Origin: a virus
Taxonomy: Duplodnaviria; Caudoviricetes
Reading direction: 5' to 3' (one strand)
IMG/VR virus record: IMGVR_UViG_3300020044_003057
Location: 1 to 43,543 of that record
Length of the DNA: 43,543 nucleotides
Shown piece by piece: positions 34,926 to 43,543 of this stretch. Under the pieces are notes generated by a model. The model searched no databases and was not told where the DNA came from. It saw nothing but the letters and a program-made list of their open reading frames with translations. The position numbers and the translations under genes are program-made. The stretch's first letter is position 1, and every line of letters begins with the position of its first letter.

Positions 34926-37517
34926 ATGGGATTTAATCTAGGTGCATTTGCTGGAGGTATTGCCCAAGCTGGCGTATCGTCTTATAAAACCCAGCAAGAA
35001 ATTGCATTAAGGCAAGCTGCTGAAGAACGGGACAAAATTCGCTTTGCTGAGGAACAGCGACAAATTCAGCAACGGATTGGCTCTGAAGAAATTCAACGTC
35101 AAGCTACTATCCCTTCAACTGGCGGTACATCACTTGATGAAGTTGCAAGAGCGCTTCCTATTTATGCAGGGGCTGCCAATGGCGGACGAGACTTACCTGA
35201 AAACTATGGTGCGACGTTCAAAGAAACGTTTGATAAGCTAACACCCCAACAACAAGAAATGGTATTGCGTGGGTATGGCGATGCGGCAACTCCCGGTGGC
35301 AGGGTAATTGCTGACGCTGCTAAAGGCGATACTTCTATGGTAGAGGGTGAAGAAGTTCCATTTGTACCTAAAGATAAAGAACGGTTTGCAGGACTTGCAG
35401 CCCTTAATCTAGGTTCAACCTCAGTACGTCAAGGCGCTGAGGGTAACTACGCAGTCCAGCCCATAGCTGATGAGAAAGATATTATTGCTAACCACAAAAG
35501 GTTGGCTATGCAGTCTGGTAACCCTGTTGCTATTAAAGCAGCCCAAGACGCAGAAATTTCTTATTTAACTCGTGAAGTCGGTAAGCAAAATATTACACTT
35601 AATGACTACAACATTAAGAAAGCTGAATCAGCCCAAAAATTTAAAGAAGATTGGGTTAAAGAAATGCAAAGGGCTAAAGAAGACCACTTTGAGTTAATGA
35701 AAAAAATTGACACAGCATTGACTGACCCAAATGTTTCTTTGGACAACCTTGTGTCTAAATTTGGGCCACAACTTAAAGACGTTACAGGTCAATCGTATTC
35801 TGTTAAAGACGGGAAAATTGTAACTGTTGGAGCTGATGGTGTCCCTACTATTGTTGCTTCAGATATTAATCAAGCTGGGCAATTACTAAAAGAAGCTGCG
35901 GCAAATCATTTCGGGTTAGATTTCCAAAACAGGGTTTTGTCAAAAGGTTTGTTTGAAACACCGGCTGATTTAGCTGCTTTTATTAAAGACAAACAAGATT
36001 TTTTTATTAAAACTGGCACATTAGCAACAGCAAGATTATCTGCCCAAGCTGCTCAAACAAGTGCCAATGCTGCTGCTTCGAATGCAGCAACTAGTGCAAG
36101 CGAACTCCAACAAAAAATAACTGCTGGCCTCTTTCCAGCACAAGCAAAAAATTACGAAGCTATGGGAAGGGCTGCGGAGAAAAATGCTGATTCTGCTGCT
36201 TCGAATGCAGCAACTAGTCAATCAGAATTTCAAGCAAAAAAGGACGCTGGTTATTTCTCAGCACAAGCAAAACATTGGACAGATATGGGGGCAGCCGCAG
36301 TAACAAATGCCGCTAATACAAAAGACCATTACGCCTATTTGAAACAACAAGCGGAAGACAAGAAAGCCCTTGATGCAGAAACACGTGCGGACATTACCAA
36401 GATTACCGATGCTTATGAAAAATTAAGCCCAGCAGATCAGCAAGGCGAAAAAGGTCAAGCCTTAATGGTACAAGGAGCAATGACTATCGCTAAAAAGTCT
36501 GGGGATATAACTGGCGTTCTTAATGCTATGAGAAAACCTGACAGGTCAGGGGCAGAAGCTGATTGGTCTGCTATTGAAAAAAGTATGTACGCAAATAGTA
36601 CACCACCAGATCAAATTGCTGCTGCAAGAACTAACTTTTTTGCTTCACGTGGTTTTGCACCAACCGCTGCTGTTAGTGCTGTTATGTCAGGTGTGATGCC
36701 GGATGGTAAACCGCTTACTGAAGCTGATGTAGACAACTTTAATAGGCAGTTTCCAAATAGTAAAGTAGATAAAGCTTCATTGTCGTGGATTAAGCCGGGT
36801 GCTAGTTCTGCTACGACTACTACACCTTCTGCTTTACCTGCTAGTACCAAGCCTGCCGCATCTAAATCTGCTGTAGAACGCGGAATACCACTTAGGTCAA
36901 CTGATGGCGGCAAAACATACACAGTAGATGTCCCAGAAACAATAAAAGACCCGAGCGTTAAGTACTATAAGGAAATACCAAATCCGGCGTATAAAGAACT
37001 AAACGGGAAAACTTTTAAATCTGCGGCTGAAGCTGAAGCTGCTTATAACGCTGCTACTGGTAAAACTGCAATTCCTACCAGTTCAACAAAAATATCAAAG
37101 GAAGATCAAAAGATAAAAGACGTTGACCGCGTCGGTATCCTTGCAAAAGAACTTAGAGATGCAGAAGCAATGGCAGCCGACAAAAATTTACCTGAAGCAC
37201 AACAGGCACGAGCGCAAGCAGATATTGCTTCTTTGAAGCGTGAGCTTGGTCGTGAGCCAAAATCAAAAGATACCGCAATACCTACATCTACTGCGTCTTC
37301 TAAACCTGCCGAGAATGCAACCAGACTTGCTTCACAAAAAGAAGCTAGCGAATCAGCTCTTCGCCTAAAAAGAGAAGACTTATTTGTTGCTATGGATACC
37401 GCAGAAAAACGCTTAGCTAAAGACTCAAAAAATGGGGCGCTTGAAGATAAGTACAAAGCCGCCAAAAAAGAGTATGATGATTTTATGCGCGATAACAAAT
37501 TAAAGCGAAGCGAGTAA
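34926..37517 (+). CDS. Internal virion / ejection protein (863 aa)
   Basis: MGFNLGAFAGGIAQ amphipathic N-term; helical Ala/Lys-rich body; 41-aa internal duplication. Confidence 0.75.
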   Translation: MGFNLGAFAGGIAQAGVSSYKTQQEIALRQAAEERDKIRFAEEQRQIQQRIGSEEIQRQATIPSTGGTSLDEVARALPIYAGAANGGRDLPENYGATFKETFDKLTPQQQEMVLRGYGDAATPGGRVIADAAKGDTSMVEGEEVPFVPKDKERFAGLAALNLGSTSVRQGAEGNYAVQPIADEKDIIANHKRLAMQSGNPVAIKAAQDAEISYLTREVGKQNITLNDYNIKKAESAQKFKEDWVKEMQRAKEDHFELMKKIDTALTDPNVSLDNLVSKFGPQLKDVTGQSYSVKDGKIVTVGADGVPTIVASDINQAGQLLKEAAANHFGLDFQNRVLSKGLFETPADLAAFIKDKQDFFIKTGTLATARLSAQAAQTSANAAASNAATSASELQQKITAGLFPAQAKNYEAMGRAAEKNADSAASNAATSQSEFQAKKDAGYFSAQAKHWTDMGAAAVTNAANTKDHYAYLKQQAEDKKALDAETRADITKITDAYEKLSPADQQGEKGQALMVQGAMTIAKKSGDITGVLNAMRKPDRSGAEADWSAIEKSMYANSTPPDQIAAARTNFFASRGFAPTAAVSAVMSGVMPDGKPLTEADVDNFNRQFPNSKVDKASLSWIKPGASSATTTTPSALPASTKPAASKSAVERGIPLRSTDGGKTYTVDVPETIKDPSVKYYKEIPNPAYKELNGKTFKSAAEAEAAYNAATGKTAIPTSSTKISKEDQKIKDVDRVGILAKELRDAEAMAADKNLPEAQQARAQADIASLKRELGREPKSKDTAIPTSTASSKPAENATRLASQKEASESALRLKREDLFVAMDTAEKRLAKDSKNGALEDKYKAAKKEYDDFMRDNKLKRSE

Positions 37518-37520
37518 ATT

Positions 37521-40500
37521 ATGCCAATAGATTGGAATGAGTTTATTAGCAAACCCGCAAGTGGGGCAGCGAAGTCTAGTACTACAGGCGTTAATTGGGG
37601 TGAGTTTGTAAACCCGCCTGCTCCTCGTGCCGGTGGTATTACCTCAAACCAGTTCTCAGCTTCTATTGACCAGTATCAAGCGGGGCTTTATGGCGTTGGC
37701 GAAGCCGTAACTGGTGCAGTAGGCGCTAATAGCATAAGTGATTGGGCAAAGCAAAAGCGGGAAGAAAATGAACGTGAGGCTGAAAGAGCCTCAGCTCGTG
37801 CCCGTCAACTTGGGGCAGTGGATTCTTGGGAAAACGTCCACGGCATAGGCGATTTTGGTAGCTTCGCCAAGAGCATGGCTGTCCAATCAGTGCCCTACGC
37901 TGTTGAAGCATTTACAGGCGGACTGGAGGCGCGTGCTCTTATGGGTGGTACTCGTGCTGCTTTGTCTGAGGCGCGTGCCGCTTTGCAAGCAGGTAAGGCT
38001 GCCGGAGATGCAGCAGAAATTGCCCGCGCAACACAGGCTGTAGCGCAAGCTGAACGCAGCTTAAATATTGGGTCGCTAGTAGGTGGCGCAGCGCAATCAT
38101 ACCCATCCTCTGTTGGCGATATCCTTCAAAACCAACGAGAGCAAACTGGGGGTAAAACTGATTTAGGCGCGGCTGGTTTATTAGGTATACCTTATGCGGC
38201 ACTTAATGCTGTCGGCCCTGAAGCAGCATTATCAAAAGGAACTTTGTTCCGCAATACCATTAACCTCCTTGATCGCCCCGGCGGCATTGCTGGTGGGTTG
38301 GCCCGTGCTGGTGCGACTGCTGTAGGCGAAGGTTTCAAAGAGGGTCTTTCGGAAACCGGTCAAGAAATGCTGAACCAAGCAGGCCGTATGGCTGTGGATG
38401 ATAAGGCTCAGTTCTTTAGCCAAGATGCCCAAGATCGGTATAAAGAATCCTTTATTGGTGGTGCTACCCTTGGTGGGCTTATGGGCGGTGCTCTTGGTGG
38501 TTGGCGTCGAAGTGAAGGCTCCAAATCAGGTAATGATATCCAGCAGGCCTTTACTCAACCGCAGACCAGCGGAACACCAGTGACTGGGCAAACCCCACCA
38601 GCATCACCCAACACTACAGTTACTGCGCCGCCTGCTCCTCCAAATGTAGCACCCGGTGGGGCAGCCGTAGTTCCCGGTCAAACTGCTGCGACTAATCAAA
38701 CGGGCGCACCTATCACGCCGCCATCGGCTCCAGCAGTCGTAGGCGGTACAACAGCAGTTGCTCAAGGGGCACAGGCACAAACCCAAGCTCAGTTTGCTGC
38801 ACAGCAGCAACAACAGATTCAAAAACAACGTGAGAAAGTAATTGACCAGTTCGGCCTGCGTGGTGAGAAAGAAGGCACGGGCCAGTTCTTTAACCGCCCC
38901 ATCTTTGGCCCAGCTATTAACCAAGTTGCGGATGCACTCGCACCTATTGCAGCTAAGCTAGACCAGCAAGAAGCCACTGTGATGGACGCTATCGTCCAAG
39001 CAGATAAAGCCACTGGCGGTAAGTTAGTGAACTTCAAGTTCAATGGCGACAAGATTCCCCAGTCTGTACAGAAAGGCGTTGAAGCCGTACTGGCTGTTGC
39101 AAACAAGTTTCAAATCGGGCATGTCGCGTCAGCCGAAGAAGCAGCCCAAATCCTCAACACGCTATCTCAGTCTGCCAAAGGCGCTGAGCTTGAGCAAATC
39201 AATGCCATCCACCAAGTCTTGACAGGTAAGGACACGGAAGGTTATGTTACGGCGCAAGCCCCTAAACCCACGAAAGGAAAATCAAATGTACGACAACAGC
39301 AATTGCCAGAGCAAGTGCCTGCCGGGCTGGGAACAGTACCAGAGCAAGGCGGAACAGTCCAAGGCAATGGCGGACTCACTGGGCTTTTACAACCCGGCGC
39401 AGTTCAACCCATCGGGACAGGAAGTAACGTTGGAACAACGACTAACCAGCAAGCTGGACAGCCATCAGGAGAAGGAGTACGGCCTAGCGCCAATATCGCC
39501 GCCGACACCGGTAGTCCTGTCCTTACGCCGCAAGTAAATCTCACAGCACCAGCGCCGGAAACTAATCAACTTCTGCGGCAAGTATTTGGGGGCGAACCTA
39601 CCTCCGGCGAACTGGTTACCCCTACTACTATTGGTGGCCCTGTCCGGGCTGCTCAGCCACAAGCAACTGGAGCATTAAATGAAGCAGGTACAACCCAAGG
39701 CACTATGGGTCGGAGGCAAGCACCCGGTCAACCTAGCCAAGCCAGCCAACCCCGTGTGGATAGACAATCTATACAAAATGGCGGCGCAACAGGCGCAGTC
39801 GTCGGCGCAAGGCAGTACGACCAGCGTCTCCAATACTATGGAACCGACCTTAGCCACATCTCCAGCCCCCGCCGCATAGAGGTTATTCAGCAGCTATTAC
39901 TTTCTGTACTTAGCCCGAAACGCGATAGCTCAACACCTGCGGAAACCCGTGCAGAGATTCTGCGTCTTGCTCTTATTGAGCAATTCCCCATGAAGGAAAT
40001 CGCAGAACTTACAGGTATTAAGCTAGATACAGTAAGCAAGCAATTGCAGCGCATGGGGGTTGCACTTAAGGACGGTGAGTTCCAAGTCGTTCGCCCTGCA
40101 TTTGCTGAGCAGATGGTTGCAAAAGCCGAAGCCTTCCGTTCCCCTGAATTCCCTGATGGTATTGGCGTTCACGAACTCAAAGGTTTGTACTCTACTCGGT
40201 ATGAGGGTAAAGAAAAACCCACTACTAACTTAGCTGAAGAACTGGAAGCTGGTGAGCAAGAAGGTGACCGCAGCAAGCTATTGGCTGAAGAACGTTTTGG
40301 CGGTGAGACTGGTGAGGCTCAGTCCATGGGGACTATTGGTTCTGCTGGTGGTAGCCAAGGTGCCGTTGACTCTGATGAATCGAAAGCTCTGTCTAAGGTA
40401 GAAAAGTTGCAGAAGCAACTTGATGAAACTCCAGATACAGACGTAGCAGGCAAGGCCAACTTGTCCAAGCAATTGGCTGCCGCATGGAGCGCTTACGAGA

Positions 40501-43500
40501 AAGAACAGAAAGACCGTGCCAAGACTGGTGAAGCTAAAGTCAGGTACAAGGAAGAGAAAGCCACCGAGTTAGGTGAAACCGAAGGGGAAGAAGATGCCGT
40601 TCAAGTCGAAAGCGCAGATGAGGGAAATGTTCAAGAACCAGCCGGAGGTGGCGAAGAAGTGGGCAAAGCTAACGCCGAACCCCAAAAGCCTGCCCGAGCA
40701 CGTAAAGCCAAAGCAGAAAGCAAGCCTGCTGAAGAAACCGCTGGAAAAAAACCGTGGGAAGGCGTAACTCGTAAAACAAAAGGTACTATTGAACTGGTCG
40801 ATACTTCTTTGTTTGATGGGGTCAGCCAAAGAAACAAAGCAGACACCAGTACGCCTGAATACGCAGCGCTAAAAGCCAGCATTGCGGAAACCGGGATAGT
40901 TGACCCAATTACAATTACCACAAACTCGTTGGGCAAACCAGAAGTATTTGAAGGCAACCACCGCCTACAAGCTGCAAGAGAACTAGGCATTAAGCAAGTT
41001 CCTGTGGTGTTGCATTCCCGTATCAATCAATCTGAGTCGCGCCCTGTAGTTGGAACAAAACCAAGCAGTCTTTTAGCCAAGCCAGAAATAAAAACTGCTG
41101 AAGAACAGTGGACAGCGTTGGCTGACCAGTTCCCGCAGATGCCCCCTTATGCAACACTGAACAAAGATGAAAAGATTCGCTGGGATGATGTGGCAGAGCG
41201 TGGGGTTGCTAATCTTGCGGCTGCCGACAAAATCCTTAGCACGGTTGTCAAAGCTGCCCCTGCCGAAAAGGTGGAAACACCGGCTGCTGCTGGAACTACT
41301 GAAGCGGTAAGCCAAATCAATGGCACTGATGAGCAGAAGAAGACTGCCCAAGAGTTAGCAGACTCCAAGGGCGGTTCTGTTGTATGGCAGGAAGGTGATC
41401 TTGCCCTTATCCGTGGATACTCAGTACTAACTGGTCAGCCCGTTTATGCTGGGGCCAAAGGTAGTTCTATCACTAGGATAGATATTGAGTCCTTCACTGG
41501 TAGCGCATTTACTCCCGTCGAGAAGGCCAAGCTAGTCGGAGCTAAGCAGCAGGCCGAGAAGCAGGATGCAGAGAAACACGCTGCCAATCCATTTGTTAAG
41601 TTTGACTCTAACGGGGTAGCCGTATCTAAAGGTGTGTCGCCTCAACTGGCAGGGGTCATCTCCGGCTGGAAGCAGATGCTCGGCATTAAGGCCAACGTCT
41701 ACGTAACCACTATTGAGGATGCGAAAGCAGACAAAGATAATTTCACCGGCCCTCAACGCGCTGTTGGGTCTGCGGGATTAGATGCTAACGAAGCTGGTTC
41801 GATGCGTAAGCTGTCAGACGGTAGCTACTACATTGCGTTTACCAAGGGAACTAGTGTCGCCAAGATGCTGGAAACCATGGCGCATGAGATTGGGCATGTC
41901 CACGAAAAGGAAGCCTTCGCCAATGCAAGCCCTGAAGACCAAAAGGCAATTCGGGCTGAATTTGAAAAATGGAGAGCTTCTACCAAAGGCAAGTCGGCAA
42001 AAGAAGTAGTCGAGTCTCTGCGTGCTAGGGCTACAGGCCGAAGCACTAAGGGCTTTGAAGGTAAAACTTCTGAGGATATGACCGCTTACTGGAAGTCCTT
42101 CAGTGAGTGGTACGCTGACCAAGTGTCCCGCTGGGCTACTACTTCTGAGAAGCCACTGACCGTTGTAGAGAAGTTCTTTGCCCGGTTGGGTGCAGCGCTC
42201 AAGAAGTTTTACTACAGCCTCAAAGGCCAAAAGTATTTGCCAAGCGATACCATGAAGTCGTTCTTGGACAAGATTGCTGAGGGCACGCTTATCATTGACG
42301 ATAAATCTGCCGAGGCACTTGATAACGAGTTTGCTAGTCAAGCCCTGTTTGTTGGTGTTAAAGGGGTTGAGCAACGCGGCATGACCGATAAGCAGGTAAG
42401 TAACCTGACCACTGCCAAACTGATGGATGCAACTGGTGCGCTACGTTCTGATGTTTGGTATGACACTGGTTGGTTGCGTGGTGCTGATAGTCAGTGGCGC
42501 ACTGAGATTTCCGATAAGAACGCTAAGCTAAAAGCACCCCTACCTAATTTTGGTACTGGGAAACTTGGCGACTTGTTAGACCACCCAACTTTGTACAAGC
42601 TATACCCACAGCTTACTGGCTACACACTAGTTGTAGACCCGAAGATGGAGCCTAATAGCGCTGCATTTATACCTGACCAGCAGGAAATTCACATAGCTTC
42701 TGTGCAGAGTTCGCCAGTTACAACGCTACTGCATGAAGTCCAGCACGCTATTCAAGAGATTGAGGGCTTTGGTAAAGGGGCAAATCCAAAAGAAATGGAT
42801 ATGTTCAACGTCAATGCAGCAGATAAATTTGCAGCAGCTTCCCATGTATTTGGGTATGTAAGCCCTGAAGCCCAAGAAGCTATTGCTAAGTATCGTGCTG
42901 CTGTTGAGGCCAAGCACTTGGCTGTTGTTGCCCGAGATATTGGTAGCTTCAAGACTGTTGATGAAGAACGTGCAGCAGTCCAACGCACGATGGATACAGA
43001 TAAAGCAGCGCGTAGGGCTCTAGGCGAAATGCTAACTGTTTTAGATAGCACCGAAGGCAAGTTTAAGCAGCAACTGTACAGCATGGTTTCCGGTGAGATT
43101 GAAGCCCGTGACGCGGAGGCTCGCCACCAATACGACGATATGCTGCGCAGGCAAGTAGTCCCCGGCGAAGCTGAAGGCTTTACACCTGAGACTCAGTTAG
43201 TCTATGACAAGGCTAGTGAGTCATACATGAAGGTTGGCAAGACCGCCGACGAACGTGCTCGGGAGCAGATCAGCAAACTACCACCCAAGTGGCAACCCGC
43301 TGCACGGACAGTAACTACTACCTTGATGCACACGCTGCAAAAGGCGGGGCTAGCTTCCATGATTACTGAAGATGTAATCAATGCTGCCACTAAGTACATG
43401 AAGTCGGCGCAGAACTATTTGACTGCCCAATACGCACGTCAGGCTACCCGGCTTGCCCATGAACTCAAGATTGAGAAAATCCTTCAGCAGTTTGATAAGC

Positions 43501-43543
43501 TGCCTGAGAACTTGAAGGGTACTGGTAGGGGTAGCGTGAACGA
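37521..43543 (+). CDS. Giant polyvalent internal virion protein (>2000 aa, truncated by window end): HTH, ParB-like, zincin HEIGH, LPD23-like HEVQH
   Basis: ATG 3 nt after the previous stop; frame open in all segments translated by hand (MPIDWNEFISKP...); absent from the track, consistent with no stop in the window. Confidence 0.9.
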   Translation, partial: MPIDWNEFISKPASGAAKSSTTGVNWGEFVNPPAPRAGGITSNQFSASIDQYQAGLYGVGEAVTGAVGANSISDWAKQKREENEREAERASARARQLGAVDSWENVHGIGDFGSFAKSMAVQSVPYAVEAFTGGLEARALMGGTRAALSEARAALQAGKAAGDAAEIARATQAVAQAERSLNIGSLVGGAAQSYPSSVGDILQNQREQTGGKTDLGAAGLLGIPYAALNAVGPEAALSKGTLFRNTINLLDRPGGIAGGLARAGATAVGEGFKEGLSETGQEMLNQAGRMAVDDKAQFFSQDAQDRYKESFIGGATLGGLMGGALGGWRRSEGSKSGNDIQQAFTQPQTSGTPVTGQTPPASPNTTVTAPPAPPNVAPGGAAVVPGQTAATNQTGAPITPPSAPAVVGGTTAVAQGAQAQTQAQFAAQQQQQIQKQREKVIDQFGLRGEKEGTGQFFNRPIFGPAINQVADALAPIAAKLDQQEATVMDAIVQADKATGGKLVNFKFNGDKIPQSVQKGVEAVLAVANKFQIGHVASAEEAAQILNTLSQSAKGAELEQINAIHQVLTGKDTEGYVTAQAPKPTKGKSNVRQQQLPEQVPAGLGTVPEQGGTVQGNGGLTGLLQPGAVQPIGTGSNVGTTTNQQAGQPSGEGVRPSANIAADTGSPVLTPQVNLTAPAPETNQLLRQVFGGEPTSGELVTPTTIGGPVRAAQPQATGALNEAGTTQGTMGRRQAPGQPSQASQPRVDRQSIQNGGATGAVVGARQYDQRLQYYGTDLSHISSPRRIEVIQQLLLSVLSPKRDSSTPAETRAEILRLALIEQFPMKEIAELTGIKLDTVSKQLQRMGVALKDGEFQVVRPAFAEQMVAKAEAFRSPEFPDGIGVHELKGLYSTRYEGKEKPTTNLAEELEAGEQEGDRSKLLAEERFGGETGEAQSMGTIGSAGGSQGAVDSDESKALSKVEKLQKQLDETPDTDVAGKANLSKQLAAAWSAYEKEQKDRAKTGEAKVRYKEEKATELGETEGEEDAVQVESADEGNVQEPAGGGEEVGKANAEPQKPARARKAKAESKPAEETAGKKPWEGVTRKTKGTIELVDTSLFDGVSQRNKADTSTPEYAALKASIAETGIVDPITITTNSLGKPEVFEGNHRLQAARELGIKQVPVVLHSRINQSESRPVVGTKPSSLLAKPEIKTAEEQWTALADQFPQMPPYATLNKDEKIRWDDVAERGVANLAAADKILSTVVKAAPAEKVETPAAAGTTEAVSQINGTDEQKKTAQELADSKGGSVVWQEGDLALIRGYSVLTGQPVYAGAKGSSITRIDIESFTGSAFTPVEKAKLVGAKQQAEKQDAEKHAANPFVKFDSNGVAVSKGVSPQLAGVISGWKQMLGIKANVYVTTIEDAKADKDNFTGPQRAVGSAGLDANEAGSMRKLSDGSYYIAFTKGTSVAKMLETMAHEIGHVHEKEAFANASPEDQKAIRAEFEKWRASTKGKSAKEVVESLRARATGRSTKGFEGKTSEDMTAYWKSFSEWYADQVSRWATTSEKPLTVVEKFFARLGAALKKFYYSLKGQKYLPSDTMKSFLDKIAEGTLIIDDKSAEALDNEFASQALFVGVKGVEQRGMTDKQVSNLTTAKLMDATGALRSDVWYDTGWLRGADSQWRTEISDKNAKLKAPLPNFGTGKLGDLLDHPTLYKLYPQLTGYTLVVDPKMEPNSAAFIPDQQEIHIASVQSSPVTTLLHEVQHAIQEIEGFGKGANPKEMDMFNVNAADKFAAASHVFGYVSPEAQEAIAKYRAAVEAKHLAVVARDIGSFKTVDEERAAVQRTMDTDKAARRALGEMLTVLDSTEGKFKQQLYSMVSGEIEARDAEARHQYDDMLRRQVVPGEAEGFTPETQLVYDKASESYMKVGKTADERAREQISKLPPKWQPAARTVTTTLMHTLQKAGLASMITEDVINAATKYMKSAQNYLTAQYARQATRLAHELKIEKILQQFDKLPENLKGTGRGSVN
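39286..39537 (+). CDS. Candidate overprinted gene A (+1 frame, 83 aa, MYDNSNCQSKC...)
   Basis: AAAGGA RBS 7 nt before the ATG; lies in a low-complexity linker of the giant ORF. Confidence 0.45.
   Translation: MYDNSNCQSKCLPGWEQYQSKAEQSKAMADSLGFYNPAQFNPSGQEVTLEQRLTSKLDSHQEKEYGLAPISPPTPVVLSLRRK
39679..39879 (+). CDS. Candidate overprinted gene B (+1 frame, 66 aa, MKQVQPKALWVGGKHPVNLAK...)
   Basis: GGAG RBS 6 nt before the ATG; linker region of the giant ORF. Confidence 0.45.
   Translation: MKQVQPKALWVGGKHPVNLAKPANPVWIDNLYKMAAQQAQSSAQGSTTSVSNTMEPTLATSPAPAA
40594..40767 (+). CDS. Overprinted small basic protein of MPFKSKAQ type (+1 frame, 57 aa)
   Basis: GAAGGGGAAG RBS; MPFKSKAQMREMFKNQPEVAKKWAKLTPNPKSLPEHVK resembles a recurring free-standing phage peptide. 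Confidence 0.7.
   Translation: MPFKSKAQMREMFKNQPEVAKKWAKLTPNPKSLPEHVKPKQKASLLKKPLEKNRGKA

Larger units (their letters stand above)
1..43543. mobile_element. Tailed bacteriophage genome fragment (Caudoviricetes, podovirus-like gene order)
   Basis: TerS-TerL-portal-scaffold-capsid-adaptors-fibres-lysis-nozzle-ejection proteins on +, small early genes on -; no tape measure or sheath recognised; no host genes or integrase seen. Confidence 0.95.

Noticed and set aside
41782-42009. Other alternative-frame ORFs within the giant gene (also 37855, 38398)
   Set aside because: No convincing RBS, they overlap folded or conserved main-frame regions, and the peptides look random
1-43543. Stop-codon reassignment, tRNA genes, introns or inteins
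   Set aside because: Genes are intact and tightly packed in the standard code; no cloverleaf noticed; TerL, portal and capsid have normal uninterrupted lengths

Overview
About 43.5 kb of a tailed dsDNA phage genome with podovirus-like morphogenesis genes. Spanins and IHF-like sites point to a Gram-negative, probably proteobacterial host. The left arm (1-~9.9 kb, minus strand) is a run of translationally coupled early genes: many small hypothetical proteins, a winged-helix protein, an Nmad5-like protein, and an AAA+ ATPase / DUF3150-like / metallopeptidase-vWA trio. The divergent control region (~8.9-10.6 kb) holds a ~250-bp dyad-symmetric origin-like element with inverted IHF-like sites, a ~450-nt highly structured leader with two boxA-like motifs, a G-run tract and a sigma70 promoter. 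The right arm (plus strand) carries a small basic protein, an RHH regulator, TerS, TerL, portal, scaffold, major capsid, adaptors, tail fibre and Gly-rich proteins, a lysis cassette (holin, Rz with embedded Rz1, M15 endolysin), nozzle, GNAT and ejection proteins. It ends in a >2000-aa polyvalent virion protein (37521 to the window end, absent from the ORF track) with HTH, ParB-like and two HExxH domains. Most striking: three small RBS-equipped genes appear overprinted in the +1 frame of this giant ORF, one with the recognisable 'MPFKSKAQ' small phage protein signature. Also notable are one beta-rich module inserted in-frame into three different tail genes, and a repeated RNA hairpin in the scaffold leader. 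All family assignments are from motif recognition, not database searches.
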